Made by a program: the position numbers and the translations under genes. This document shows positions 33,941 to 43,887 of a stretch of DNA of 64,000 bases, piece after piece. The notes beneath the pieces are model-generated. The model saw only the letters and a program-made list of their open reading frames with translations, did not search any database and was not told the origin of the DNA. Source of the DNA: a virus; the IMG/VR virus record IMGVR_UViG_3300044678_002668, positions 1 through 64,000 of that record; one strand, written 5' to 3'. Each line of letters begins with the position of its first letter. The stretch's first letter is position 1.

Positions 33941-36748
33941 GTGAATCCAAGCAACAAGATTCTCTCAGACATCACCGCCTTTACTAAGTATGCTAAATAC
34001 TTACCTCATCTAGGACGACGAGAAACCTTGGCAGAAACCATTAACCGCTGTATGTCAATGCACCTGGATAGGTTTTCTCATCTGTCTTATGACATCACTA
34101 AAGCCTTTCAACGGGTACATGATTTGCGCGTTATGCCTTCCATGCGTTCCCTTCAGTTTGCAGGAGAGGCCGTATTAAAAAATCCAGCCCGTCAATATAA
34201 CTGTTCCTACACTCCTATTAACGACACTAAAACTTTTAGTGAGGTTTTGTTTCTTCTTCTGTCTGGAGTCGGTGTGGGGTTCTCTGTTCAACGAGACCAT
34301 GTAAACCAACTTCCTAAAATCACAATGCCCAAAGAACAAGGTCTTTATGTTGTGCAGGATTCCATTGTGGGATGGGCTGAAGCTCTTAATACTTTAATGG
34401 AAGCTTATTTCTTTGGAAAGATTAAGCCAGAATATGATTTCTCACAAGTACGTCCTAAAGGCTCATATCTCGTCACCACGGGTGCTAAAGCTCCTGGCCC
34501 TGAGCCCCTTAAGTACATGCTTAAAACAGTGGAGGGAAAGCTATTAGAAGCAATGGGACGTAGGCTAAAGCCCATTGAAGTACATGACATTGTATGTATT
34601 ATTAGCGATTGCGTTCTTTCTGGAGGTATTCGTAGGGCTGCCCTTATTTCTGTATTTGATAGAGACGATATGGAAATGCTAAAAGCTAAGCATGGAGAGT
34701 GGTGGGTTAAACATCCCTATAGAGCTAGATCAAATAACTCTGCCGTTCTTCCTTATGATAAGGTCACTAAGGAAGAGTTCTTTGAAATTTTTAAAATCTG
34801 TCAAGACTCTAATTCTGGAGAGCCTGGATTTAGTTGGACCAATAACACAGATTGGTCTTTTAACCCATGTGTATCAGGTAACACAGAAATTCTAACTCGT
34901 AATGGATACGAGCGTATTGACTCTGTTGTAGATACTGAAGTGGAAGTTTGGAATGGTTTTGAATGGTCTAAAGTAACTCCTAAAGTAACAGGCACAAACC
35001 AAGAAATGCTTACCATTACTTTTAATAACGGCATTTCACTAGAGTGTACTAAATATCATAAGTTCCATATTGCCACTAACTACACGGGCGGAGTTAAAAT
35101 TGTTGAGGCTAAAGATCTTGAGCCTGGAATGAAGTTAATCAAACATGAATTTCCTATTATTGAGCATGGAAAAGTTTTAGAAAACGCTTATACACAAGGA
35201 TTTGTGTCAGCGGAAGGGATGGATAATTACAAATTTTGTTGGGTATATGAACCTAAAAAAATGTGTATTGAACGGTTAAAAGAAAACGCTTCACGAATTA
35301 GTGAAGAAAGTTTTGGAAGAGTTTCTGTACATTTTAAAACAGCTCTTCTTCCAAAGAACTTCGTGCCATTTGAATATAATCTCAAATCAAAACTAGATTG
35401 GTTGTCTGGATTATTTGATGGAGATGGGTGTGAGCTAAAAGAAGGAGGCTTGCAATTAACTTCCATTGACAAGCAGTTTCTTCTAAATGTTCAAAAACTT
35501 TTATCCACTGTGGGAGTTTCTTCTAAGGTAGTGGCTGGAATGAAGGCTGGACTAAGAAGTTTACCAGACGGTAAAGGAGGACACAAAGACTTTAATTGTC
35601 AAGAAGCTTATAGAATCCTTGTAGGATCTGTACAAATGCAAAGCTTAAAAAAGCTAGGACTTTCTTGTGAGCGTCTCAAGTTTGACAAGTCTCCTCAACG
35701 AGACGCTTCACAGTTTGTGTCTGTAGTGGATGTTGTTGATTCTGGAGTGGCAGAAAAAGTATATTGTTTTAACGAGCCTAAAAATCATACAGGAATTTTT
35801 GGTGGAGTTATTACAGGACAGTGCCATGAGATTGCACTGAATCCCAACCAGTTTTGCAATTTGTCCACAATCAATCAATCTAATATTAAAGATAAGCGAG
35901 ACTTTATGAATAGGGTTCATTCAGCCACGCTTATTGGAACTCTTCAAGCGGCTTATACAGACTTCCATTATTTGCGTCCTATTTGGCGAGAGCAAACAGA
36001 ACGTGAGGCTTTGTTGGGTGTGAGCTTTACTGGTATTGCTGATGGTACAGGTATTGTTACAAACGAATGGCTAAAAGAAGGAGCAGAGTTCGCTAAAGAG
36101 ATTAATCTTAAATATGCTAAGAAGCTAGGAATTAACCCAGCGGCTCGCATCACCACCACTAAACCAGAAGGCACTAGCTCTTGTATTTTAGGATCTTCTA
36201 GTGGTGTACATGCTCGTCATGCTCCATATTACATTCGCCGTATCCGAATGAATAAAGACGATGCTCTAGCTGTATACTTACGAGCCATGCTACCAGACTT
36301 GGTGGAAGACGATAAGTTTTCTTCTACTGGAGTAGTGGTTAGTATTCCACAAGAAAGTCCAAAGAACTCTGTTATTAGAAATGATGAGACGGCGTTTACA
36401 CTATTCCAGCGTACTCTAGATTACAATACTCATTGGGTACGTAATGGGCATCGCTATGGAGATAACCACCATAATGTAAGCGCCACCATTTCAGTACGTC
36501 CAAATGAATGGGACACTCTTAAAGAACAAATGTGGGAGAATAGGTATTCCTATCATGGCATTAGCTTACTTCCATACGATAATGGAACTTATGTACAAGC
36601 TCCCTTTGAAGAGTGTACGGAAGAAAAGTATAATGAAATGATGACTCTTGTTAAAGAAGTAGACCTCACTCAAGTAAGGGAAGAAGAAGATAAAACTACC
36701 AGAGCTGAAGAATTAGCTTGTGTTGGCGGTGTTTGCTTGGTAGAATAA
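33941..36748 (+). CDS. nrdJ: class II (adenosylcobalamin-dependent) ribonucleotide reductase, intein-containing
   Basis: PSMRSL, YNCS, GVGVGFS, SGGIRRAALI, NP[intein]CHEI, FCNL, KPEGT, C-terminal CVGGVC; no NrdB gene seen. Confidence 0.93.
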   Translation: MNPSNKILSDITAFTKYAKYLPHLGRRETLAETINRCMSMHLDRFSHLSYDITKAFQRVHDLRVMPSMRSLQFAGEAVLKNPARQYNCSYTPINDTKTFSEVLFLLLSGVGVGFSVQRDHVNQLPKITMPKEQGLYVVQDSIVGWAEALNTLMEAYFFGKIKPEYDFSQVRPKGSYLVTTGAKAPGPEPLKYMLKTVEGKLLEAMGRRLKPIEVHDIVCIISDCVLSGGIRRAALISVFDRDDMEMLKAKHGEWWVKHPYRARSNNSAVLPYDKVTKEEFFEIFKICQDSNSGEPGFSWTNNTDWSFNPCVSGNTEILTRNGYERIDSVVDTEVEVWNGFEWSKVTPKVTGTNQEMLTITFNNGISLECTKYHKFHIATNYTGGVKIVEAKDLEPGMKLIKHEFPIIEHGKVLENAYTQGFVSAEGMDNYKFCWVYEPKKMCIERLKENASRISEESFGRVSVHFKTALLPKNFVPFEYNLKSKLDWLSGLFDGDGCELKEGGLQLTSIDKQFLLNVQKLLSTVGVSSKVVAGMKAGLRSLPDGKGGHKDFNCQEAYRILVGSVQMQSLKKLGLSCERLKFDKSPQRDASQFVSVVDVVDSGVAEKVYCFNEPKNHTGIFGGVITGQCHEIALNPNQFCNLSTINQSNIKDKRDFMNRVHSATLIGTLQAAYTDFHYLRPIWREQTEREALLGVSFTGIADGTGIVTNEWLKEGAEFAKEINLKYAKKLGINPAARITTTKPEGTSSCILGSSSGVHARHAPYYIRRIRMNKDDALAVYLRAMLPDLVEDDKFSSTGVVVSIPQESPKNSVIRNDETAFTLFQRTLDYNTHWVRNGHRYGDNHHNVSATISVRPNEWDTLKEQMWENRYSYHGISLLPYDNGTYVQAPFEECTEEKYNEMMTLVKEVDLTQVREEEDKTTRAEELACVGGVCLVE
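34868..35821 (+). mobile_element. intein with LAGLIDADG homing endonuclease (318 aa)
   Basis: starts CVSGNTEIL, block B CTKYH, WLSGLFDGDG, ends GVITGQ before Cys+1. Confidence 0.93.
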
Positions 36749-36781
36749 AAGAACTTCATCGGCCCTCCTTTCGCACTTGTG

Positions 36782-36812
36782 GCCCCGAGAGTTAAATCGG
36801 GGCGTTTATTTT
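36782..36812 (+). terminator. rho-independent terminator after nrdJ
   Basis: GCCCCGA-loop-TCGGGGC then GTTTATTTT. Confidence 0.7.
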
Positions 36813-37034
36813 ATGGGACCAGAATTAGTATTGTTAGCTTCTATTGTAGCTCTTCAACCAGAAACCAGAGCCCCCATTTCTAGGGAAGCTGTTTCCTATG
36901 TTAAAGTTGATAAGATGGTGGAAGAGTACTATAAAAAACAACTTACAAAACAAGAACGAGAAATATTAGAAAAAACTTCTTTGTATATTCTTCCTTTAGT
37001 AGAGCGAAAAATTGTGTATAAGATGGAGTTTTAA
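36813..37034 (+). CDS. hypothetical protein
   Basis: ATG 36813 within ORF 36777..37034. Confidence 0.55.
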   Translation: MGPELVLLASIVALQPETRAPISREAVSYVKVDKMVEEYYKKQLTKQEREILEKTSLYILPLVERKIVYKMEF

Positions 37035-37526
37035 ATGCCAATTAGTCAAGCTACCATTGCAGAATTTCATGAAAAGTTTACTTACAATAAAGCTACAGGT
37101 AAACTCAAAAGCCGCACTACACTAAAAGAAATTGGCCATCAGAAAAAAGACGGCTATGTGTATATTCTCCATAATAAAAAATCCTATCCTATACATAGAG
37201 TGGTGTATGCCATGGTTATGGGAGAAGATCCCCCAGGATTAATGGACCATAAGAATGGAGATAAGGCAGATAACCGATGGGTAAATCTAAGACTGGTTAG
37301 CCATAAGGAAAATGCCTACAATGCTGGCATTCCTAAACACAACACTTCTGGATATAAGGGAGTATGTTGGCATAAGCACAAGAAACGCTGGTACTCTTAC
37401 ATTAAAATGAATGGAAAGACTTTACATGTTGGGTATTTCCGTACAGCTAGGGAAGCGGCGAGAGCTTATAATAGGATGGCTAGGAAATTGCGTGGAGAGT
37501 ATGCAAAAGTAAACCCCAATACGTGA
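37035..37526 (+). CDS. HNH homing endonuclease with AP2 domain
   Basis: HRVVY...DHKNGDKADNRWVNLR...EN; NTSGYKGVCW...W...GYF..AREAARAY. Confidence 0.93.
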   Translation: MPISQATIAEFHEKFTYNKATGKLKSRTTLKEIGHQKKDGYVYILHNKKSYPIHRVVYAMVMGEDPPGLMDHKNGDKADNRWVNLRLVSHKENAYNAGIPKHNTSGYKGVCWHKHKKRWYSYIKMNGKTLHVGYFRTAREAARAYNRMARKLRGEYAKVNPNT

Positions 37527-37564
37527 TGGTTTAGACATATAAAGGACGTATTATACGTGGGGGC

Positions 37565-37593
37565 TTGACTTATTGGTGGAGTTAGGGTAGAAT
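37565..37593 (+). promoter_or_regulatory. sigma70-type promoter upstream of dut
   Basis: TTGACT-17 nt-TAGAAT. Confidence 0.75.
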
Positions 37594-37637
37594 GTAAGTG
37601 TTGAAAGACGCGGCTTGTCTATTTTTGGAGGTTATCT

Positions 37638-38084
37638 ATGCGTAAAGTTGAAGTGAAAGTAAAATCTTTAGTTGAGGAGCTACCTAAATATGAAACTCTT
37701 GGGGCTGCGGGAATGGATGTACGAGCATCTATCCCAGATGAAGGAATCGTATATGTGTTATCCGGCCAACGTGCGATTATTGGAACCGGGATTGCGGTAT
37801 CAGTACCTAATGGGTATGAAATTCAAGTCCGATCTAGATCTGGTTTAGCTGCCAAAACAGGACTTATGGTATTAAATGGAGTTGGTACTATTGATAGCGA
37901 CTATCGAGGAGAGATTAAAGTGATTCTCTACAATTCAGGCAGCAGTCCAGTTACCGTTAAGAACGGAGATCGTATTGCTCAGCTAGTATTGTCAGAGGTT
38001 CCTAAGATTGATTGGGTTCCAGTAAACGAACTAACAGAAACTGAAAGAGGAGAAGGTGGACTTGGTTCCACAGGAGTAAATTAA
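37638..38084 (+). CDS. dut: trimeric dUTPase
   Basis: AAGMD, RSRSGLA, GTIDSDYRGE, RIAQL, RGEGGLGSTG. Confidence 0.97.
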   Translation: MRKVEVKVKSLVEELPKYETLGAAGMDVRASIPDEGIVYVLSGQRAIIGTGIAVSVPNGYEIQVRSRSGLAAKTGLMVLNGVGTIDSDYRGEIKVILYNSGSSPVTVKNGDRIAQLVLSEVPKIDWVPVNELTETERGEGGLGSTGVN

Positions 38085-38085
38085 A

Positions 38086-38301
38086 ATGAAATTCAAAAAT
38101 CCTGATATGTTTAAAGAAGCTTCCCTGAAAAACTTTAAAGAACCTAGTGTCAGTGTGACTGACTATGCTAAACGTTTAGCTAAACTTCATGGTAAAGAAG
38201 GGGCTCTTAAGCTAGCTTCTAAATATGCTAATGAAAAAAATCAGCTAACAGATAACCTCACTAAGAACTTCTTTACTTTAGTTATTCGGGAACTTAAATA
38301 A
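38086..38301 (+). CDS. hypothetical protein
   Basis: 71 aa tiling ORF. Confidence 0.65.
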   Translation: MKFKNPDMFKEASLKNFKEPSVSVTDYAKRLAKLHGKEGALKLASKYANEKNQLTDNLTKNFFTLVIRELK

Positions 38302-38504
38302 TGAAAAGCAAGGTTGTTGATATTGACGTATTGCGTTGGTGGGATGTTGGTGCCACCACTAAAGTTCAAGTTCGTTTAACTTATGAACGAGAAGATGGCC
38401 TACGTTATACAAAAGATTTAGAAAAGTTTTTAAACAGTGATTTAAAAACAGTGAGCAACATTAACCAAATGTTTAAGGAATTAATTACAGATCTGGAAAG
38501 CTAA
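38301..38504 (+). CDS. hypothetical protein
   Basis: TAATG overlap. Confidence 0.65.
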   Translation: MKSKVVDIDVLRWWDVGATTKVQVRLTYEREDGLRYTKDLEKFLNSDLKTVSNINQMFKELITDLES

Positions 38505-38870
38505 ATGAAAAAGCGTTTTGTTAGGCTAGCTAAAAAATGTGCCACTAATAGTGAACATAAATTCCAACTTGGATGTGTAATTGTAAAGAACAATAAAGTT
38601 ATTGGGGCTGGTTGGAATACTACCAAAACCCATACAAAATCTCCTCAAAAATATAAAACTCTTCATGCCGAAATGTCAGCTCTTTTTTCCGCTAAGAAAG
38701 CTCCTGTAAAAGGGGCTGAAGCCTACGTGTTTCGTATTCTTAAAAACGGAGAATATGCTTTGGCTAAGCCCTGTCCAATTTGCGAAAACATGTTAAAGCT
38801 TGCGGGAATTAAGAAAGTCCACTATACTACAGATAGTAAAGGGTTTATCTGTACGGAGCACTATAAATGA
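38505..38870 (+). CDS. dCMP/cytidine deaminase-like protein
   Basis: LHAE...PCPIC zinc motif. Confidence 0.88.
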   Translation: MKKRFVRLAKKCATNSEHKFQLGCVIVKNNKVIGAGWNTTKTHTKSPQKYKTLHAEMSALFSAKKAPVKGAEAYVFRILKNGEYALAKPCPICENMLKLAGIKKVHYTTDSKGFICTEHYK

Positions 38871-39967
38871 AAACAAAGCTAAGTCACTCAGCGGTAAGTA
38901 AATATCAAGATTGTCCAACAGCCTATCGCTACCATTACATTGAAGGCTACCGCTCTAAAACAAAAAGCGGAGCTTTATTTTTTGGTACTGCAATTGATAA
39001 GGCCATGGAAGAACTTCTCATCACTGGTCAAGGTGGAGTGGAAACTTTTGAAGCTAATTGGCTAGAGCAAGAACACAATGGAAGGAAACTATATCTTCCT
39101 CTTTCCACTGAGATTGTATATGCCGAATCAGACTATGATGAAGATTTAATGCTTCCTGAAGATTGGCAATCTATTTCTAATATGTTGGATCTTCCTGAAG
39201 GGTTTGACATTAAAGAAAAACTTGCTTCTATCTATAAACAAAAGAAAGCCATTGGATTTGATTTACTTTCAAAAGATAACAAAACCTTATTAAATCTAGC
39301 AAACTGGAAATGTTTGCGAAGAAAAGGTTTGGTTATGATTGAAGCTTTAAAGCAAGAAGTATTGCCAAACATTGAACAAGTATTGGGAACTCAAGAAAAA
39401 GTGGAGCTAGTAAATGAGCTTGGAGACAGTGTTGTTGGATATGTAGACATTGTAGCTAAACTTAAAGGACACGATGAACCTGTAATCCTAGATTTAAAAA
39501 CATCCACTAGGATGTATGAGGAAGATAGTGTTCTTACAAGTCCACAACTATCTCTTTACGTATGGGGATTACATGACAAGTATAAAACAAGTAAGGCTGG
39601 CTATGTTGTTCTCCTTAAATCCATATCTAAAAATAAACTCAAGCTATGCAAGTCCTGCGGTAATGATGGATCTTCTGGCTCTCACAAGACCTGTAATGCA
39701 ACGGGACCAGATGGAAAACGTTGCCATGGCGAATTTAATATAACAATTAATCCTAAAGCTTCAGTTCAAATTATTATTGACTCCATTCCAGAAAGAGTGC
39801 AGAATATGGTGGTGGAAAACTTTAATGAAGTTAACCATGCTATTAAGTCTGGAACGTTTACAAAGAATTTGCAGTCTTGCATTAAGCCTTATGGCAAATG
39901 TGCTTTCTATAACATTTGCTGGAAAGGTACAGAGGAAGGATTAGTAAAGAGTGAAACCTCTCGTTAA
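38867..39967 (+). CDS. PD-(D/E)XK (Cas4/RecB-like) exonuclease
   Basis: SHS..YQDCP, GYVD...DLKT...QL.LY, C-terminal C....C.F..IC. Confidence 0.85.
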   Translation: MKTKLSHSAVSKYQDCPTAYRYHYIEGYRSKTKSGALFFGTAIDKAMEELLITGQGGVETFEANWLEQEHNGRKLYLPLSTEIVYAESDYDEDLMLPEDWQSISNMLDLPEGFDIKEKLASIYKQKKAIGFDLLSKDNKTLLNLANWKCLRRKGLVMIEALKQEVLPNIEQVLGTQEKVELVNELGDSVVGYVDIVAKLKGHDEPVILDLKTSTRMYEEDSVLTSPQLSLYVWGLHDKYKTSKAGYVVLLKSISKNKLKLCKSCGNDGSSGSHKTCNATGPDGKRCHGEFNITINPKASVQIIIDSIPERVQNMVVENFNEVNHAIKSGTFTKNLQSCIKPYGKCAFYNICWKGTEEGLVKSETSR

Positions 39968-40172
39968 AGCTGCTTTTTGGGCTAGTTTAGCTAGGCTTAT
40001 CAGTATTGCTCTAGCTGCTGGAGCTGGTAATATTATTCATCAAACTGTAGGAGGGGGATTACAAGCTTGGCCTGTAGCTGCATTTATGGCAGTGGTTAGT
40101 TTTTTACTTATGTGGTTTAGTGAAATACAAAGAGAGGAAAATAGAAATGCCCAAAGCAACAGAAAGATATAA
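39951..40172 (+). CDS. small membrane protein
   Basis: two hydrophobic segments. Confidence 0.65.
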   Translation: MKPLVKAAFWASLARLISIALAAGAGNIIHQTVGGGLQAWPVAAFMAVVSFLLMWFSEIQREENRNAQSNRKI

Positions 40173-40425
40173 AAAGATTAAAGAAGATATTTTAAAAGAA
40201 GAACAAAAAGTAAATGAGGTGGTTGAATATAGCCACTTCATTTATGATTGTTATAAATCGGAGGAAGGAAAATATGTAATTGTAAAACTAAGCTTTAATT
40301 CAAACGGAGACGTGTCACTGGAGCTTACAGGAAAAGAGTTTGACAATCCTGCTAAAGCAGACTACAATATACAAGAACTCAATGGTAATGAACGAGTTCG
40401 AAGATTAAGAAAGGGTAATTTATGA
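40147..40425 (+). CDS. hypothetical protein
   Basis: GAGGA SD before ATG 40147. Confidence 0.65.
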   Translation: MPKATERYKKIKEDILKEEQKVNEVVEYSHFIYDCYKSEEGKYVIVKLSFNSNGDVSLELTGKEFDNPAKADYNIQELNGNERVRRLRKGNL

Positions 40426-40943
40426 AAACGGTAAAAACGCCAAAAGGTACAGAACTACAGGTAATGTCTCTTAAGGGTAAAGACTACATGCAAGTTCAAC
40501 AGCGGTTGATCTGGTTTGTAGAGGAAAATCCTCGCTATGACATCCAGACTACAGTGGATACTTCTGTGGCAGATCAAGCCACTGCTCGATGCACAGTCGT
40601 AATCTTTGATGAAGATAGCAAGGTTATCCGAAAGGTAACTTCACATAAAACAGAAACTGCTAAAGGCTTTGCTGATTATATTGAAAAAGCTGAGACAGGC
40701 TCTTTAGGCCGGGCTCTATCCCTTCTAGGATATGGTACACAGTTTAGTGCCGAACTAGATGAAGGTGACCGCATCGTTGACAGTCCTGTAACGGTAACTA
40801 AATCTTCAGCAGTAACTACAATGTCAGAAGCTTTGTCTTCAATGTCTGGAAGTTCTGAGTCTTCTGCTGCATCTACCACTGTAGCTTCTAGTACAACAAA
40901 GCCAAAGTTTACACGTAAATCTTCTTCAGGATTTAGTATCTAA
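40422..40943 (+). CDS. putative single-strand annealing protein (Rad52/Sak-like)
   Basis: KGKDYMQVQQRL...EKAETGSLGRAL..LGYG; flexible tail; near exonuclease. Confidence 0.65.
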   Translation: MKTVKTPKGTELQVMSLKGKDYMQVQQRLIWFVEENPRYDIQTTVDTSVADQATARCTVVIFDEDSKVIRKVTSHKTETAKGFADYIEKAETGSLGRALSLLGYGTQFSAELDEGDRIVDSPVTVTKSSAVTTMSEALSSMSGSSESSAASTTVASSTTKPKFTRKSSSGFSI

Positions 40944-41272
40944 TGGAAAGCCAAATTAAAACTGAAAAGGTAAGCGTGGAAAGTGAAGATCCTAAAGTTC
41001 AAGAGCTTCTTAAAGTTGCTGAACATGATCTTAAAACTTTAGGTCCAATGTTCAATCGTCTCTTAGAGCAGAGTTCTGCTGGTGGAGTAAAACGTATTCT
41101 TAAAACAATTGCTACGTTTCAAGACGTTAAGCTAAAAAAAGAAGAGTTTGAACTTCATGCCTTGACAGAACATCTACTTAAGAGTAAACTAAGTATTATG
41201 TTAACCGCTGCACACCAAGCAGCTAACAAACAGAAAGAAGAAGGAGTACAAGAAAATGAATCGCAAGGGTAA
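40943..41272 (+). CDS. hypothetical protein
   Basis: TAATG overlap. Confidence 0.65.
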   Translation: MESQIKTEKVSVESEDPKVQELLKVAEHDLKTLGPMFNRLLEQSSAGGVKRILKTIATFQDVKLKKEEFELHALTEHLLKSKLSIMLTAAHQAANKQKEEGVQENESQG

Positions 41273-41534
41273 TTATAACGGCAATAAGTCTGGTGGTAGT
41301 GCTTGGCGGCGTGTAGGAGAAATCCTAGTTAGCAAACAAGGTAAAGCTTACGTCAAAATTAAAGAAGACGTAACTCTACAAAAAGACATGGTATTGCAGA
41401 TGCAAGATCCTCGTGACCGTATCCACAAAGCTGTAGAAGCTGGACGCATGACTGAGGAACAAGCAGAAGAACGTTTGAGCAAGATTAAAGACTTCGTAAA
41501 GTATGAGCTAGTCCTCGCTCCTCCACGAGACTAA
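41256..41534 (+). CDS. hypothetical protein (possible ssDNA-binding)
   Basis: 92 aa in recombination/replication cluster. Confidence 0.55.
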   Translation: MNRKGNYNGNKSGGSAWRRVGEILVSKQGKAYVKIKEDVTLQKDMVLQMQDPRDRIHKAVEAGRMTEEQAEERLSKIKDFVKYELVLAPPRD

Positions 41535-41562
41535 AGACTCCTTTACGATGATGTGACCCTGT

Positions 41563-41596
41563 AGGGGAGGTAGTGCAATGCTGCCTCCCCTTTTTT
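41563..41596 (+). terminator. rho-independent terminator
   Basis: AGGGGAGGTAG...CTGCCTCCCCT then T run. Confidence 0.8.
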
Positions 41597-41617
41597 AAAA
41601 ACGCTTGGAGGTTGGAG

Positions 41618-43582
41618 ATGATTGAAATGGCTCAGAAAAAATATGTTCGTGTTTCTCAGGGTGTGAATAAATATACGTTGGTACCTGAAGATCAGGTAGA
41701 ATCTCAAATTAAATCTAACGAAGAAGATTATTATACGTCTCTTTATACATATAATGAATCTCACTATAATACTTGGAAAAGCTCTAAGTCTGTAGCGGGC
41801 ATTCGAGATGTTGTTACTAATCGCATCTTCTTTGACTTTGATAAGAAGGATGATGTAGAGGCAGCTCGTAAAGACGCTGTGACTTTAGTGGACCGTCTAG
41901 TTAAAGACGGCATTAATCCCACTAACATTCAAATCTGCTTTTCTGGAAGCAAAGGTTTTTCCATTGAAGTGCTGTCAACAAACTATTTAAATCCTCAACA
42001 GTTTAAGAACTTAGTGTTTTCTTATGCTTCTGACCTTAAGACTTTCGATCAAGTTGTAAATGATCCTAATCGACTAATTCGAGTAGTGGGTACAAAGCAT
42101 AAAGAATCAGGCCTATATAAGTTTCCTCTTAAGGCCGATCAGCTTAAGTTTCTTAAAGTGGAAGAAATCCTAAATCTTGCTAAAGATTTGGACAATGCAG
42201 ATGAGTCTTTGACTCAAGGGTGGATTCCTGTAGCTTTGCCTAAAGAAGTACATGAGCGAGCTTTTAAAGACACTCGACCAGAAAAACCAAAGGTAGAAAT
42301 GAATTTGGCAGTAATTGATTCCATTAAAGATTTGCCTTGGTACACTAAACCTAAGTGGCTTACAAACTGTAAGTTTTCCATTATGAATGGTTTCGTACCT
42401 CAAGGCCAACGAAACAATGCGTTAATGGCTTTGGCTGCCACTCTTAAAGCTCAAGGTTTTTCTAAAGAACATACTTTAGCTTCTTTAAAAACCACCACAG
42501 AGAAGATGGCTTCTCTAACTGGAGAGGATATCTTTCCTGAAGACGAGCTTAAGAAGAATGTTATTGAGTATGTGTATGGTCCTTCCTGGAAAGGTGGAGC
42601 TTACACTTGCCGAGAAGAGGGTTGGCTTAAAAACTATTGCGATAGCTTAGGCCACCATAAGTGCCAACATACTCAAGTACTTGGAGATAGCCCACGTACC
42701 ATTATTGATGTTAGTCCAAAGTTCAAAGAGTTCGTAATGAACATTGAACAAAACACCATTAAGACTGGAGTACCCTCTCTAGATGAAAACCTATTCATCA
42801 CCACAGGAATGGGTCTTGGACTTGTTGGCGCTCCAGGTAGCGGTAAGAGTTCTTTGGCTTTGGAGATTTTAAACAACACTTCTAAGCAAGGTATTCCCTC
42901 TGTCTTTGCTTCTTTGGATATGACTGCCACTCGTATTTATGAAAAGCTTGCCTATCGTCTTACAGGCCAATCTCGTAAACAACTCTATGAGATGTTCCGA
43001 CAGAACAAAGAAGAGAAGTATTTGGAAACTCTACAAGAGGAGTTTGGAAACGTTTTCTTCTACGATAAGAGTAGCCCCACTGTTCGGGAAATCCGAGATT
43101 ACATTGTTGCTTGTGAACAGGAGAGTGGAAAGAAAATTAAGCTTGTAGTTATTGATTACTTTGAGAGAGTATTTTCTGACGTATCAGACGATACCGCTGC
43201 AAGTAAACGAGTGGCCGCTGAGATTCAGGACTTGATTAACGATTTGGGAGTCTGTGTAATTGTTCTGCTTCAGCCAAATAAAATGTCTGGAGACCTATCA
43301 GATCCAATTACATCCTACTTATCCATTAAAGGAAGTTCCTTTATTCAGCAGTCTCTACGTATGATTTTGTCCGTATACAGGGAAGGTTTTGATCCTCGCC
43401 ATCCTCAAGACGACCGCTATCTAACCATTAACGTTCTTAAGAACGATTTGGGAGAAACCAATAGTTTTGACTTCCTATGGGAAGGCAAGCGTGGTAAAAT
43501 CTATGAAGCTTCTCCTGAAGATCTAGATGACTTAGATGCTATTCGTAAACGGAGAAAGCAAGAGGATTCGGAGGGCTGGTGA
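41618..43582 (+). CDS. primase (AEP/prim-pol)-DnaB-like helicase fusion
   Basis: FFDFD, FSGSKGF, RLIR..GT.H, PriCT-like G.RNNAL, Walker A GAPGSGKS, VVIDY. Confidence 0.9.
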   Translation: MIEMAQKKYVRVSQGVNKYTLVPEDQVESQIKSNEEDYYTSLYTYNESHYNTWKSSKSVAGIRDVVTNRIFFDFDKKDDVEAARKDAVTLVDRLVKDGINPTNIQICFSGSKGFSIEVLSTNYLNPQQFKNLVFSYASDLKTFDQVVNDPNRLIRVVGTKHKESGLYKFPLKADQLKFLKVEEILNLAKDLDNADESLTQGWIPVALPKEVHERAFKDTRPEKPKVEMNLAVIDSIKDLPWYTKPKWLTNCKFSIMNGFVPQGQRNNALMALAATLKAQGFSKEHTLASLKTTTEKMASLTGEDIFPEDELKKNVIEYVYGPSWKGGAYTCREEGWLKNYCDSLGHHKCQHTQVLGDSPRTIIDVSPKFKEFVMNIEQNTIKTGVPSLDENLFITTGMGLGLVGAPGSGKSSLALEILNNTSKQGIPSVFASLDMTATRIYEKLAYRLTGQSRKQLYEMFRQNKEEKYLETLQEEFGNVFFYDKSSPTVREIRDYIVACEQESGKKIKLVVIDYFERVFSDVSDDTAASKRVAAEIQDLINDLGVCVIVLLQPNKMSGDLSDPITSYLSIKGSSFIQQSLRMILSVYREGFDPRHPQDDRYLTINVLKNDLGETNSFDFLWEGKRGKIYEASPEDLDDLDAIRKRRKQEDSEGW

Positions 43583-43887
43583 AAATTAGTAGAACCTTTC
43601 TTCTAGCGTTTCAAAGGCAGCACGTACTTATTCTTTTAAAAAATGTTGGAGCAGTGAGTCTAGATCAATCCGCAGATGGAGAGTTCCGAGTAAGTGGAGC
43701 TGCCGCTGTAATGGGATATGTCATAGACCACTGCGATAACTTCCTATACTTAGGAAACAAAGAAGGTACGGTTATTGAAAAGGCAGTGTCCATTGTGGAT
43801 ATTTCTTCCATCTCTTTACACGAAGAAGAGGAAGAAATTTCCTTAATCACCGCTGAAGGTCCTAAGAGCGATATGGAGATTAACTAA
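43579..43887 (+). CDS. hypothetical protein
   Basis: GTGA overlap. Confidence 0.6.
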   Translation: MKISRTFLLAFQRQHVLILLKNVGAVSLDQSADGEFRVSGAAAVMGYVIDHCDNFLYLGNKEGTVIEKAVSIVDISSISLHEEEEEISLITAEGPKSDMEIN

